The notes: generated from the letters alone by a model not told the origin. Positions 34,479 through 44,190 are shown, counted from the first letter of the stretch. The stretch: DNA of 62,296 bases from Candidatus Omnitrophota bacterium (GCA_042571725.1 JBHPFN010000006.1:1-62296), one strand, 5' to 3'. Translations and numbers: made by a program.

Positions 34479-35694
34479 TGCATCTCCTCAACACCAAACT
34501 CGCATTATTTCCCCCAAAAGCGTACGAGTTATTTAGGACAATATTCAATTTCTGTTTTCGCGCCTTATTCGGCACGCAATCAATATCGCACTCCGGATCA
34601 AAGGTTTCAAAATTTATAGTTGGGGGAATCATCCCTTCTTTAATGGCAAGGCAACAGGCAATCGCTTCAATGGCAGAAGCTGCTCCCATTGAATGGCCGA
34701 GCATTGACTTAATTGAGCTAACCGGCGTTTTGCTATTGGTTTGACCGAATACTTTTTTTATTCCAGCGCATTCTGTTTTATCATTAGGAATAGTGCCAGT
34801 GCCGTGTGCGCTGATATAATCCACATCATCACTACTGACTCCAGAATATTTTAATGCCTTTTGCATGCATCGGATAACACCTTGCGCTGCTGGTGCGGTC
34901 ATATGATAGGCATCGCAGGAAAGTCCATAGCCTAATACCTCAGCATAAATAGGGACCTTTCTCGCTAAAGCACTTTCTAAAGACTCTAATATAATAATTC
35001 CGGAACCTTCTCCCACTAACATCCCTTGACGGTTTTTATCAAATGGCTGACATTTTTCAGAAGCCATAGCATACAAACGACTAAATCCCACTAGATTTGT
35101 GCGCGAAAATGCATCAACTCCACCTGAAAGCATGAAATTTAATCTTCCTAACCTTATCAAATCAAAAGCAAAGCCAATAGAATAATTGCCAGCAGCACAA
35201 GCATTCGCAAATAAAAGATTTCGCCCTCTTATCTTAAACTCTTTGGCAACATTTGCAGGTATTGCGCTAGATGGAGCAAGAGCAATAAATCTTTTGCTTA
35301 TATTTTTGTCCCCCGATTCAATCCAGATACTATCGATTTTCTCAATAATGCTTATTTCAGCCATTGTAGTTCCAATGCAAACACCAATCTTTTCGCTAGT
35401 TATCTCATGTCTATTCAATTTCGCATCCTCAATGGCCAATTTACTTGCTGCTACTGCTAACTGTGAAGCCCGACCCATGGTTTTAAGCTTGCGCCTATCG
35501 ATAAACCGCTCAGGTTTAAAATCCTTAATCTCTCCTCCGTAATGACGGTCGAACTTGGAGGTATCAAACGACTCTATCTTGCTGATGCCGGATTTGCCGG
35601 CTAGGCAATTTTTCCAGAACTCGTCCTTTCCAATGCCTATGGAAGTGACTGCGCCTAAGCCTGTTATTACTACTCTTCGATTATTCTTTTTCAT
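34468..35694 (-). CDS. fabF: beta-ketoacyl-ACP synthase II
   Basis: 'RVVITGLGAVTSIG', 'ANACAAG', 'SAHGTGT', 'GHSMGAASA'. Confidence 0.9.
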   Translation of the reverse strand: MKKNNRRVVITGLGAVTSIGIGKDEFWKNCLAGKSGISKIESFDTSKFDRHYGGEIKDFKPERFIDRRKLKTMGRASQLAVAASKLAIEDAKLNRHEITSEKIGVCIGTTMAEISIIEKIDSIWIESGDKNISKRFIALAPSSAIPANVAKEFKIRGRNLLFANACAAGNYSIGFAFDLIRLGRLNFMLSGGVDAFSRTNLVGFSRLYAMASEKCQPFDKNRQGMLVGEGSGIIILESLESALARKVPIYAEVLGYGLSCDAYHMTAPAAQGVIRCMQKALKYSGVSSDDVDYISAHGTGTIPNDKTECAGIKKVFGQTNSKTPVSSIKSMLGHSMGAASAIEAIACCLAIKEGMIPPTINFETFDPECDIDCVPNKARKQKLNIVLNNSYAFGGNNASLVLRRCSDK

Positions 35695-35713
35695 TAAACT
35701 CCCTTAATACAAA

Positions 35714-36140
35714 GGTCTATAGTCCACAGTCGACGGTCCATAGATTTCATTTCTTCAAGTAAGCCCTAAGTTTTTGTAGCATTCGAATAATTACTTCTGC
35801 TTCTGAATACAGTGTTTGGAAATCAGGCTCATTAATTATACCTCTTTTCTGCCCGAGATATAAACAAGACACAACTTCAACAGCTGATCTGATTGCATAA
35901 CCAACAAATTGTTTAAATTCTGCATTGCTCTGCCCAGTAGAGCCTTCAGCGATATTTAAAGCAATCGAGTCGGCTGCTCTTTTAATTTGACTTGTCAATA
36001 TATACAACTCTTCTTTTGGAAAAGTTTTGGTTAACTCATGAATTCGTGTACTGAGCTCTATCGACTTATTCCAGACTTCTAGCTTCTCAAATTTAAATCC
36101 CATCTTTATCTGTCGACCATGGACTGTGGACCATGGACTA
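35714..36140 (-). other. stem-enclosed (rRNA-IVS-like) cassette carrying a four-helix-bundle gene
   Basis: 35714-35731 can pair with 36122-36139 (about 18 bp, one mismatch, core GTCCACAGTC/GACTGTGGAC). Flanks are built from GTCGAC / CCATGG / GTCCA units. Confidence 0.5.
35747..36103 (-). CDS. four-helix-bundle protein (23S rRNA intervening-sequence protein / Avd-like family)
   Basis: 'FEKLEVWNKSIELSTRIHELTKTFPKEE...AEG' is typical of the family. Start at MGFKFEKL (ATG 36103) rather than the long ORF. Confidence 0.8.
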   Translation of the reverse strand: MGFKFEKLEVWNKSIELSTRIHELTKTFPKEELYILTSQIKRAADSIALNIAEGSTGQSNAEFKQFVGYAIRSAVEVVSCLYLGQKRGIINEPDFQTLYSEAEVIIRMLQKLRAYLKK

Positions 36141-36356
36141 ACTCTCTCTCCGTTCTTGTTTTTTCGAATTATACTGCACTTTATCAACAATCCACTTATC
36201 AATGATCTTTTTATGAAAACGCCAGTCATAGCCGATTTTAAATGCTGGGATCTTACCTGCCCGGGCATACTTATAGACCGTTGCAGGATGGATCTGTAAA
36301 TAGTCAGCCACTTCCTGGATGTCCATTATGTCTCTTGAAGTATCGGTCTTTTTCAT
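36138..36356 (-). CDS. excisionase/MerR-type helix-turn-helix DNA-binding protein
   Basis: 'MDIQEVADYLQIHPATVYKYARAGKIPAFKIGYDWRF' matches the excisionase-family HTH. Confidence 0.7.
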   Translation of the reverse strand: MKKTDTSRDIMDIQEVADYLQIHPATVYKYARAGKIPAFKIGYDWRFHKKIIDKWIVDKVQYNSKKQERRES

Positions 36357-36467
36357 AAAAACTAACCTGTGTTAAAATGAGCCAAACTGAGCCTAAGTAT
36401 GTATAGTTAATATAAATTAATTCGCTCTATTTGTCAAGGATTTTATTGGTAGGGGTGAAAATTCTGT

Positions 36468-37388
36468 TTACGGCAGGGCCTCGATGTCTTGAGGTTTCTC
36501 AATGTTGTGGACTTTAAGCTTTGGATCGATGCGGCGTAGGAGGCCTTTTAATACCTTGCCGGGGCCGATCTCTAAAAACGTAATAACTCCGTCAGCGGCA
36601 ATCAATCGAATTGAATCTTCCCAAAGCACAGAAGAACTGACTTGTTTTTTAAGGTTCGGGCGGATATGATCGATGTTTTCATGAGGCTTGGCAGTCACAT
36701 TGCTTATTACCGCGGCAGCCGGCTCCATCACCACAATATCTTCAAGTTCTTTCTCTAGCCTTTCTCCGGCTGAAGTCATCAGGGAAGAATGAAACGCTCC
36801 GCTTACCTCTAAATCAACCGCGGTCTTTGCGCCGGCAGCGATAGCCTTTTCCTTGGCAGCGTCTACTGCTTTAGCTTTGCCTGTGATAACAATTTGCCCC
36901 GGGCAATTAAGATTAGCTATCTCCGCGCCGGTTTGCGCGCAGATCTCTTTTAGCTTGGTTTTATCTAAGCCGATTACCGCAGCCATCTTGCCGGGATTCT
37001 TCTTTGCCTCTTCTTCCATAAGCTGTGCGCGCTTTCTAACTAACGCTAAGCCCTCTTCAAACTCTAATACCTCCGCGGCAATAAGCGCAGAATACTCCCC
37101 TAAGCTTAAACCTGCCATGAATCGAGGGGTAATCGTTAATGATTTCTCATGAGTCTGGAGTGCACGTAAGGCAGCGATGCTATGGATAAGGATTGCGGGT
37201 TGGCAATTAATAGTGGATTTAAGTTCTTCAGCAGGGCCTTCAAATAGAAGTTTTGTGAAATCACACTGTAAAACCGAATTTGCAGCATCGAAGATCTTAC
37301 GCGCTGCTACTGAAGATTCGTAGAGCTCTTTGCCCATCCCCACATACTGGGCGCCCTGGCCGGGAAAGATATATGCGGTTTCTGTCAT
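36468..37388 (-). CDS. fabD: malonyl-CoA:ACP transacylase
   Basis: 'FPGQGAQYVGMG', 'GLSLGEYSAL'. Confidence 0.9.
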   Translation of the reverse strand: MTETAYIFPGQGAQYVGMGKELYESSVAARKIFDAANSVLQCDFTKLLFEGPAEELKSTINCQPAILIHSIAALRALQTHEKSLTITPRFMAGLSLGEYSALIAAEVLEFEEGLALVRKRAQLMEEEAKKNPGKMAAVIGLDKTKLKEICAQTGAEIANLNCPGQIVITGKAKAVDAAKEKAIAAGAKTAVDLEVSGAFHSSLMTSAGERLEKELEDIVVMEPAAAVISNVTAKPHENIDHIRPNLKKQVSSSVLWEDSIRLIAADGVITFLEIGPGKVLKGLLRRIDPKLKVHNIEKPQDIEALP

Positions 37389-37428
37389 TATCTGATAATG
37401 AAAAAGAAAAAAGACAAAACGAAATCTG

Positions 37429-38409
37429 TTACCACTTAATCACGCAAGAGCCCCAGACAAGGCCTCCGCCAAAGGCATCGAGTACTACGATATCGCCCTT
37501 TTTAATGCGCTTCTGTTTTACCGCCTCTACCAACGCAGTTGCAGTTGACGCTGAAGACATATTTCCGTAGCGGGAGATATTCATAAACACCTTCTCAGTG
37601 GAAACCTTAAGCCTCTTGGCAACTGCTAAGAGTATGCGGATATTTGCTTGATGGAAGATAAAACAGTCTACCTTATCAACCGAGAGGCCTGCTTTTGCAA
37701 CCGTCTGCTCTGCAGCATCCGCTAGAATCTTTACGGCGAGCTTAAAGAGCTCATTGCCTTTCATCTTTATAAAATGCTGCTTATTTCCTACGGTTTTATG
37801 CGTCGCCGGATGCCGTGACCCACCACCGGGAATCAAAAGAAGATCGCTTAAGCTACCATCACTGCCTAAATAAGTAGAAAGAATCCCTCCGTGATGAACC
37901 GACTCCAATACGCATGCGCCTGCGCCATCACCAAATAAAACACAGGTATTTCTATCTTCCCAATCAGTAATCGAGGTGAGCTTCTCAGAGCCGACCACTA
38001 ACGCGTTTTTATACAGGCCGGTTGAGAGAAACTGCTGGGCAATCACAATCCCATAGACAAATCCCGCACACGCAGCACTTATATCAAAACACGCAGCATT
38101 TTTAGCACCCAGTGCCTTTTGTACAAAGCATGCGGTGGAAGGAAAATTCATATCCGGGGTGATGGTGGCAACAATAATAAGATCGATATCGTGAGGATTG
38201 AGTTTGGCATTTTTTAAGGCTGCCTTTGCTGCCTTAACTGCCATGTCGCTTGCGGCTTCGGTTTTTTTTGCAACCCTGCGTTCTTTGATGCCTGTTCGGG
38301 TGGTGATCCACTCATCGGAAGTCTCTACCATTTTTTCTAAGTCCGCGTTGGTCAAGCGCTTCTTAGGAACATACATTCCTAAGCCGGTGATACCGATGTG
38401 CTTTATCAT
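37429..38409 (-). CDS. fabH: beta-ketoacyl-ACP synthase III
   Basis: 'DISAACAGF', 'HQANIRI', 'GNMSSAS'. Confidence 0.9.
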   Translation of the reverse strand: MIKHIGITGLGMYVPKKRLTNADLEKMVETSDEWITTRTGIKERRVAKKTEAASDMAVKAAKAALKNAKLNPHDIDLIIVATITPDMNFPSTACFVQKALGAKNAACFDISAACAGFVYGIVIAQQFLSTGLYKNALVVGSEKLTSITDWEDRNTCVLFGDGAGACVLESVHHGGILSTYLGSDGSLSDLLLIPGGGSRHPATHKTVGNKQHFIKMKGNELFKLAVKILADAAEQTVAKAGLSVDKVDCFIFHQANIRILLAVAKRLKVSTEKVFMNISRYGNMSSASTATALVEAVKQKRIKKGDIVVLDAFGGGLVWGSCVIKW

Positions 38410-39395
38410 GCTGATGCAATCTCCTCAACAATTGCTTCGTTAATCTTGCCTTCTACCTCTTTTTTAGCAGCGCGGATAGCATTTTTAATCGCCTTTGCAG
38501 TAGAACGCCCATGTCCGATAATAACAATTCCATTAACTCCTAAAAGAGGCGCGCCGCCATATTCTGAATAGTCCATACTTTTCTTAAGCCGCTTAAGGCT
38601 GCCCTGCATCAAGAGGATTCCCAGCTTCCCCCAGAAATCACTTAGGATCTCCCGTTTAAATAGCTGCATAAGAACCTCAGCCAAGCTTTCTGATACTTTT
38701 AGGGCCACATTTCCTACGACACCATCGGTGATGATACAGTCGCAATTGCCGGAGAAAAGCTCTCTGCCTTCTACGTTACCGATAAAATTAAACTTTGCGC
38801 TCTCCATTAAGACGTGGGCCTCTTTTACTACCCCTGTGCCTTTTGATTGCTCCTCGCCGATATTTAACAAACCGACTGAGGGAGTATTCTTTTTTAAGAC
38901 AGTACGCGCATAGGCATCTGCCATTAAGCCGTAGTGAAGAAGATGGCTCGGCTTAACATCGATATTCGCCCCGACATCCATAATCAGCGTCGTTCCCTTG
39001 AGCGTGGGCATAATGATGGCAATGCCGGGCCGTTCAATATTAGGAAGCATTTTTAAGATAAACGTTGCCGCACACACTACCGCACCGGTATTGCCGGCAG
39101 AGACCATAGCATCGACTTTTTTCTCGTTGAGTAATTCGGTAGCCTTAGTAATGGAAGAGTCTCTCTTTTTGCGGATACTGCTGGTGGCGGGTTCGTTCAT
39201 ATCGATTACTTCAGAGGCATGCTCAATTGAAATGCCTGCAGGAAGATTCTTGTATCTTTTGAGTTCGCGCTCAATTTCATCACGGCGGCCTACGAGCACT
39301 ACCTCAACGCCGTGCTCTTCCACCGCGGCAATGGCGCCGCCTACAACAACTTGCGGGGCATAATCCCCGCCCATAGCATCAACAGCTATCTTCAT
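38406..39395 (-). CDS. plsX: phosphate acyltransferase PlsX
   Basis: 'KIAVDAMGGDYAP', 'SAGNTGA'; conserved position after rpmF. Confidence 0.9.
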   Translation of the reverse strand: MKIAVDAMGGDYAPQVVVGGAIAAVEEHGVEVVLVGRRDEIERELKRYKNLPAGISIEHASEVIDMNEPATSSIRKKRDSSITKATELLNEKKVDAMVSAGNTGAVVCAATFILKMLPNIERPGIAIIMPTLKGTTLIMDVGANIDVKPSHLLHYGLMADAYARTVLKKNTPSVGLLNIGEEQSKGTGVVKEAHVLMESAKFNFIGNVEGRELFSGNCDCIITDGVVGNVALKVSESLAEVLMQLFKREILSDFWGKLGILLMQGSLKRLKKSMDYSEYGGAPLLGVNGIVIIGHGRSTAKAIKNAIRAAKKEVEGKINEAIVEEIASA

Positions 39396-39595
39396 TATCG
39401 TTTTTTCTTCTTTTCTTTCTTTTTGATTTCGATTACCTGTTTTCCCTTATACGTGCCGCACGTCGGACAGACCTTATGAGGACGCTTGGGCTGTTTGCAT
39501 TTAGGGCAAGGGGTAAGGCTTACTGCCGCTAACTTCCAATGGGTTCTTCGTTTTCTTCCGCGTGTTTTCGAGTGTCTTCTTGGTGGTAATGCCAT
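39395..39595 (-). CDS. rpmF: 50S ribosomal protein L32
   Basis: 'MALPPRRHSKTRGRKRRTH', CxxC...CxxC. Confidence 0.9.
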   Translation of the reverse strand: MALPPRRHSKTRGRKRRTHWKLAAVSLTPCPKCKQPKRPHKVCPTCGTYKGKQVIEIKKKEKKKKR

Positions 39596-39596
39596 C

Positions 39597-40085
39597 TTAT
39601 GTCCTTTCTTTCGTTGTGTTATTGCAATTACACTTCTTGATATTTAAATTCTCACCACAATGAATACAAAGCCCTTTACAATCTGATTTACAGATTGATT
39701 TCATCGGGTAGCTTAAGATAATCTCTTGGCGAAGATCTTCGGTAATATCTATGGTATGGGTGTTCGGTTCAATGCAAAGGTGTACTTGGCAATCAATGTT
39801 TGAGTTCTTTTGGAATTCTTCCAGGCAGCGGTCGCAGACAACTGTGGCGCTGGCGTCGATCTGCACCTCAGCAGAAATGTTGTTGATGCCCCTGAAAAAG
39901 TGAGCAGTGATCCTTAAAGGGTTAGCAATATGGATGTTGTTGACATCTAATTCTAGTTGCGCAGGATTACACTCCTTATATACCTCTAAACCTTCCGGGG
40001 GGATTTTGTTAATGTCAACGCTCAGGCACCGAACAGTGCTTGGCTCAGAGGCGGCTTTCTTTTTTTCTGTCTTTGCTGCTTTCAT
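39597..40085 (-). CDS. yceD: DUF177 / YceD family protein
   Basis: Conserved position upstream of rpmF; C-terminal 'CKSDCKGLCIHCGENLN'. Confidence 0.8.
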   Translation of the reverse strand: MKAAKTEKKKAASEPSTVRCLSVDINKIPPEGLEVYKECNPAQLELDVNNIHIANPLRITAHFFRGINNISAEVQIDASATVVCDRCLEEFQKNSNIDCQVHLCIEPNTHTIDITEDLRQEIILSYPMKSICKSDCKGLCIHCGENLNIKKCNCNNTTKERT

Positions 40086-40564
40086 TTTTTGAGCCTCTTT
40101 TTTAATTCCTTTTCAACATAGGAGGGCACAAACGAAGAAAGGTCTGCGCCTAATGAAGCAGCTTCTTTTATCAACCGGGAAGAAAGAAAAGAATATTGTT
40201 CGGAGGGCATTAAAAATATTGTCTCGATATCTGAAGCTAACCTCCTATTGGTAAGCGCCATCTGAAATTCATACTCGAAATCAGAAATCATGCGTACCCC
40301 GCGGATGATTACATGGATATGATTTTTTCGCGCGAAATCCACCACGAGGCCATCGAAGTCTTCAATAATCACATTGTCAAAACCCTTGGTCGCCTCTTTG
40401 AGCATCTTCACGCGTTCTTCAATGCTGAATATGGGCTTTTTATGAGCATTATGGGCAACCGCTACCACTACCTCGCTCACTATCCCTAATGCGCGCTTGA
40501 CTAAATCAATATGGCCATAGGTTATCGGATCGAAACTCCCTGGATATATCGCGCGTTCACACAT
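40082..40564 (-). CDS. coaD: phosphopantetheine adenylyltransferase
   Basis: 'AIYPGSFDPITYGHIDL'. Confidence 0.9.
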   Translation of the reverse strand: MCERAIYPGSFDPITYGHIDLVKRALGIVSEVVVAVAHNAHKKPIFSIEERVKMLKEATKGFDNVIIEDFDGLVVDFARKNHIHVIIRGVRMISDFEYEFQMALTNRRLASDIETIFLMPSEQYSFLSSRLIKEAASLGADLSSFVPSYVEKELKKRLKK

Positions 40565-41109
40565 TATGTTTCCTTCCTGTAAAAAGAAAGCGTAGTAGTC
40601 CCATATCTCCTTCTGGTGTATAAAGATAACTCGCCATAGGAGTCTTCTAAAGAGTCATTTTTGAAATGTTGGACTACTACAAAACCGTAGGGCTTAACTA
40701 TATCATAAGTGACTAACTGCTGCAAGGTTTTTTTGGCTAAATCTTGGTAGTATGGCGGGTCGAGAAACACTACATCGAATGCTTTTCTCTCTTTGGCTAA
40801 CAAAGCTATGGCAGAGAACACATCCCTGGCGGAAAGATTGAAAGAATCCACGCCTAGACCGGTAAGATTCTCCTTTAAAAACTTTATGCAGCGGATATCT
40901 TTTTCTACAAAGCAAACCTCTTTGGCACCGTTGGATACTGCTTCAATTCCAACCGCACCGGTCCCGGCAAAAAGCTCTAAGAAGCTCGCTTCTTTTACTA
41001 CGTCGCTTAGGATATCAAAGATTGCCTTGCGCACCTTCTGCTCTGTAGGACGCACATCCTTTGGAGACTTAAGCTGTCTACGTTTAAAAATTCCAGAGAT
41101 TACTCTCAT
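40564..41109 (-). CDS. rsmD: 16S rRNA (guanine966-N2)-methyltransferase
   Basis: 'FLELFAGTGAVGIEA', 'DVVFLDPPY'. Confidence 0.85.
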   Translation of the reverse strand: MRVISGIFKRRQLKSPKDVRPTEQKVRKAIFDILSDVVKEASFLELFAGTGAVGIEAVSNGAKEVCFVEKDIRCIKFLKENLTGLGVDSFNLSARDVFSAIALLAKERKAFDVVFLDPPYYQDLAKKTLQQLVTYDIVKPYGFVVVQHFKNDSLEDSYGELSLYTRRRYGTTTLSFYRKET

Positions 41110-41130
41110 GCCTGACCTTTCCGAATACTT

Positions 41131-43227
41131 TTATACAAGCATTAATTGCTCGTATTCAGGAAACCGCTGTTGTACGAGTTTCTTGATTTCAGCATTTTGT
41201 CGCTGGGATAACGATGGATCTTGCTGGATAAGCGCTATCGCCTCTTCCCGGGCTGCTTTTAAACTATGCATCTGGGTTATAGGATTGGCAATCCTTAGCT
41301 CAGAAAGACCGCTTTGGCGTTTACCAAAAAACTCTCCCGGTCCTCGAATACGCAGATCTTCCTCTGCAATGTCAAACCCGTCCGAGAGCTTGGTAATCGC
41401 CTTAATCCTGGCAACCGCTGCCTCATTTTTAGGATCGGCAATCAGTATACAGAATGACTGATGTTTGCCTCTGCCGATGCGCCCTCTCAATTGGTGTAGC
41501 TGAGAAAGTCCAAAACGCTCAGCATGCTCAACCACCATTACTGAAGCATTAGGCACATCCATGCCTACTTCTAAGACTGAGGTAGCTACCAAAATATGGA
41601 TCGCGCCGCTCTTAAAAGCCCGCATAATCTCATCTTGCTGCTTCTGTTTTAATCTTCCATGGATCAGGCCGACCGCATACTTTGCAAACACCTTTTTAAG
41701 CTCCGTATGCATCTGTTCTGCTGCCTTTAAATCCACATTTACTGAAACTTCAATAATAGGATAGATTACATACACCTGCCTTCTCTCGGCAACTTTCTTT
41801 GAAATAAAATCGTACACCTTTTCTCTTTGTTCTTCGTTGTAAAGCTCAGTTTTTACCGCAAGTCTGCCCTTAGGCATTTCATCAATGCTTGAGATATCTA
41901 GATCGCCGTAGACGGTCATCGAGAGTGTTCGCGGTATCGGTGTAGCGGTCATAATCAAGACATCGGGATTATCCCCTTTTTGAGGAAGCAAAGCACGCTG
42001 AGCAACGCCAAACTTATGCTGCTCGTCAATAACCACTAACCCAAGATTTTTAAAGCTGAGCTCTTCTTGAATTAATGCGTGGGTACCGATGACCAATTGT
42101 GTTGCACCTGCATTAATATTCTTATACAGTGTTTTTTTCTTGGCAGCAGTGAGGCTGCTGGTAAGGAGTGCAACCTTGATCTTCTTACCATCAAACTTGA
42201 TCTTAGCAATCTGTTTCTTGACGGTTTCGTAGTGCTGGGTGGCTAGAATCTCAGTGGGCACCATGAAAGCAACCTGCCACCCGCCGGAAAGCGCCATGAG
42301 TGCAGCGCAGCTTGCAACGACTGTTTTACCTGAGCCGACATCTCCCTGTAGAAGCCGCTGCATAGGACGGGTAGATACCATATCCGCTTTTATCTCTTTG
42401 AGCACCCGTTGCTGTGCGCTGGTTAATTCAAAACCTAATCCCTGGATAAATCCATCTACCACTGCCTCATCAACAGCGTGAGAAATTCCCTTCTTCTCTT
42501 TTGATGAACGCTTACGCAAGACAACCGGCACCTGATACAAAAAGAAATCGTCGAACGAAAGACGTTTATAAGCCTGGTCTCTTAGCGCTTCATCCTCGGG
42601 AAAATGAATATTGCGTAGGCCCTGCGCGAGGTTTAAGAGTTCTCTTCTCTTTCGGATATCATAGGAGAGCGGATCGACAACCTTCGAAAGATATTCTTCC
42701 AGGGCAAGGTTTATCAACCAGCGTAGATACCGCTGGGTAATACCTTGCGTCAAAGAATAAATAGGGACAATCCGACCGACGCTTAAGGTATCAGCTTTAT
42801 CATCTTCGCTGGAGCCTAAAATCTCAAATTCAGGAGAGTTTATTTGTAGTCGCTCTGCATACTGCTCTACTTTGCCGAATAAAACCACCTCTTGCCCGAT
42901 ATTAAAATAGCTATCCAGATATGGCTGGTTAAACCAGACTGCGGTTATCTTACCGGTATCATTAGAAACCAGCACCTCTAAGACACTAAAGCCTCTTCTG
43001 CGAAACGATTTTCTTAAATTTTTATAGATGACTTTTGCCTTAAGGGTGAGCATCTGCCCTGCTTCGGCTTCGCTGATCGGTTTAAGCTGGCGCCTATCCT
43101 CATATCGATAGGGAAAATAATACAGCAAGTCTATAATCGTCTCAATCCCGAGACGGCTAAACACTTGCGCCTTTTTGGGACCAACGCCTTTTAGATAGCG
43201 GATTGAGGCATCGAGGTTTTTAAACAT
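41131..43227 (-). CDS. recG: ATP-dependent DNA helicase RecG
   Basis: 'GDVGSGKT', 'DEQHKFG', wedge-domain N-terminus, 'QLRGRIGRG'. Confidence 0.9.
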   Translation of the reverse strand: MFKNLDASIRYLKGVGPKKAQVFSRLGIETIIDLLYYFPYRYEDRRQLKPISEAEAGQMLTLKAKVIYKNLRKSFRRRGFSVLEVLVSNDTGKITAVWFNQPYLDSYFNIGQEVVLFGKVEQYAERLQINSPEFEILGSSEDDKADTLSVGRIVPIYSLTQGITQRYLRWLINLALEEYLSKVVDPLSYDIRKRRELLNLAQGLRNIHFPEDEALRDQAYKRLSFDDFFLYQVPVVLRKRSSKEKKGISHAVDEAVVDGFIQGLGFELTSAQQRVLKEIKADMVSTRPMQRLLQGDVGSGKTVVASCAALMALSGGWQVAFMVPTEILATQHYETVKKQIAKIKFDGKKIKVALLTSSLTAAKKKTLYKNINAGATQLVIGTHALIQEELSFKNLGLVVIDEQHKFGVAQRALLPQKGDNPDVLIMTATPIPRTLSMTVYGDLDISSIDEMPKGRLAVKTELYNEEQREKVYDFISKKVAERRQVYVIYPIIEVSVNVDLKAAEQMHTELKKVFAKYAVGLIHGRLKQKQQDEIMRAFKSGAIHILVATSVLEVGMDVPNASVMVVEHAERFGLSQLHQLRGRIGRGKHQSFCILIADPKNEAAVARIKAITKLSDGFDIAEEDLRIRGPGEFFGKRQSGLSELRIANPITQMHSLKAAREEAIALIQQDPSLSQRQNAEIKKLVQQRFPEYEQLMLV

Positions 43228-43251
43228 GGTGTGTTTAAATTTCGTAGTCAG

Positions 43252-44190
43252 CTAGGTATCGGTTTTATTCGGGAGAAGTTTTTTTACCGCATCAATAACT
43301 ATTTCTGAATTTATCTTCATGCACTGATAATCTCTTGAGCATCCAGAGGATCCACAGGGAATGCACTCCATAATACTACTCTGCAACACTATTGATTTGT
43401 CTGAATAGGGACCAAATCTCTGCGGAGGTGTCGGTCCGAACAGCGCCACCACAGGGATATTGAGGTAGCTGCACAGATGAATTGTGCTAGAATCCACACC
43501 CAGAAGCACCTGTGCATAGTGCGTGAGAAGATAGGCAACCTCAACCATATCCTTGGTTCTGCCCACCAAATCAAACACATTCTCCATAGCAAGAATTTCA
43601 CCGTAATATTCACGGTCGCGTTCTTCACCAATAATAACAATGGGAAACATCTTACGGATACGATCTATTACTTTTTTCAAATTCTCCGGTTCATAACATT
43701 TCATCCGCGAACGGGAAGAACACGATATAAAGAGCGCCTTGGGGATATTGAAACCTTTTAACATATTGCGCTCGCCGTGTGAAATTAAAAAGGTGCTGCG
43801 CACCGCTTCTTCTTGACGAGCAATCTTTTTAACCAACGCAAGATACTGATGCCTGACGTGAATATTCTTAGGAAAGCGGCGGATCACAGGAGACCGTTTT
43901 CTTGCCCCTGAAATAAAAGGAAGCAAGGTGTTCTTTGAATCGACAAAGATATCGAATTTATTGCGCAGCGAAAATGCGAATCGTGTTTGACTACCAAAGC
44001 TCCAGCGTTTATTAAAAATAAGTACTTCATCAATATAATTATTCCTGGAGAGAAACTCTTTGGTTTGGGGCGAGGCAATAGCGGTAATTCTGCTGATAGG
44101 GAAACTAGCTTTAAGCCTATCCAGCATCGGCAAGGCTAATATCACATCGCCGGTATTAGAAGGAAAAGTTATAGCAATTCGTTCGTTCAT
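43252..44190 (-). CDS. glycosyltransferase family 9 (heptosyltransferase-like)
   Basis: 'GDVILALPMLDRLK', 'GVDSSTIHLCSYLNIPVVALFGPT'. Confidence 0.7.
   Translation of the reverse strand: MNERIAITFPSNTGDVILALPMLDRLKASFPISRITAIASPQTKEFLSRNNYIDEVLIFNKRWSFGSQTRFAFSLRNKFDIFVDSKNTLLPFISGARKRSPVIRRFPKNIHVRHQYLALVKKIARQEEAVRSTFLISHGERNMLKGFNIPKALFISCSSRSRMKCYEPENLKKVIDRIRKMFPIVIIGEERDREYYGEILAMENVFDLVGRTKDMVEVAYLLTHYAQVLLGVDSSTIHLCSYLNIPVVALFGPTPPQRFGPYSDKSIVLQSSIMECIPCGSSGCSRDYQCMKINSEIVIDAVKKLLPNKTDT

Noticed and set aside
35747-36268. Long 173-aa version of the four-helix-bundle ORF; likewise the N-terminal extensions of 27494-27967, 13133-20587, 10037-10651, 21841-23532 and 2887-4800
   Set aside because: The extensions overlap neighbouring genes, repeats or promoters and lack SD sites. 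Internal ATGs give proper N-termini (family-typical start, signal peptide, receiver beta-1 strand, or paralog alignment).
40703-41461. ORF-track ORFs 40703-40915 (-) and 40793-41461 (+), and many similar 60-120-aa ORFs overlapping recG, the RND pump, fabD, plsX and the kinases
   Set aside because: They are alternative-frame or antisense ORFs inside genes with clear family motifs. They have low-complexity translations and no SD sites.
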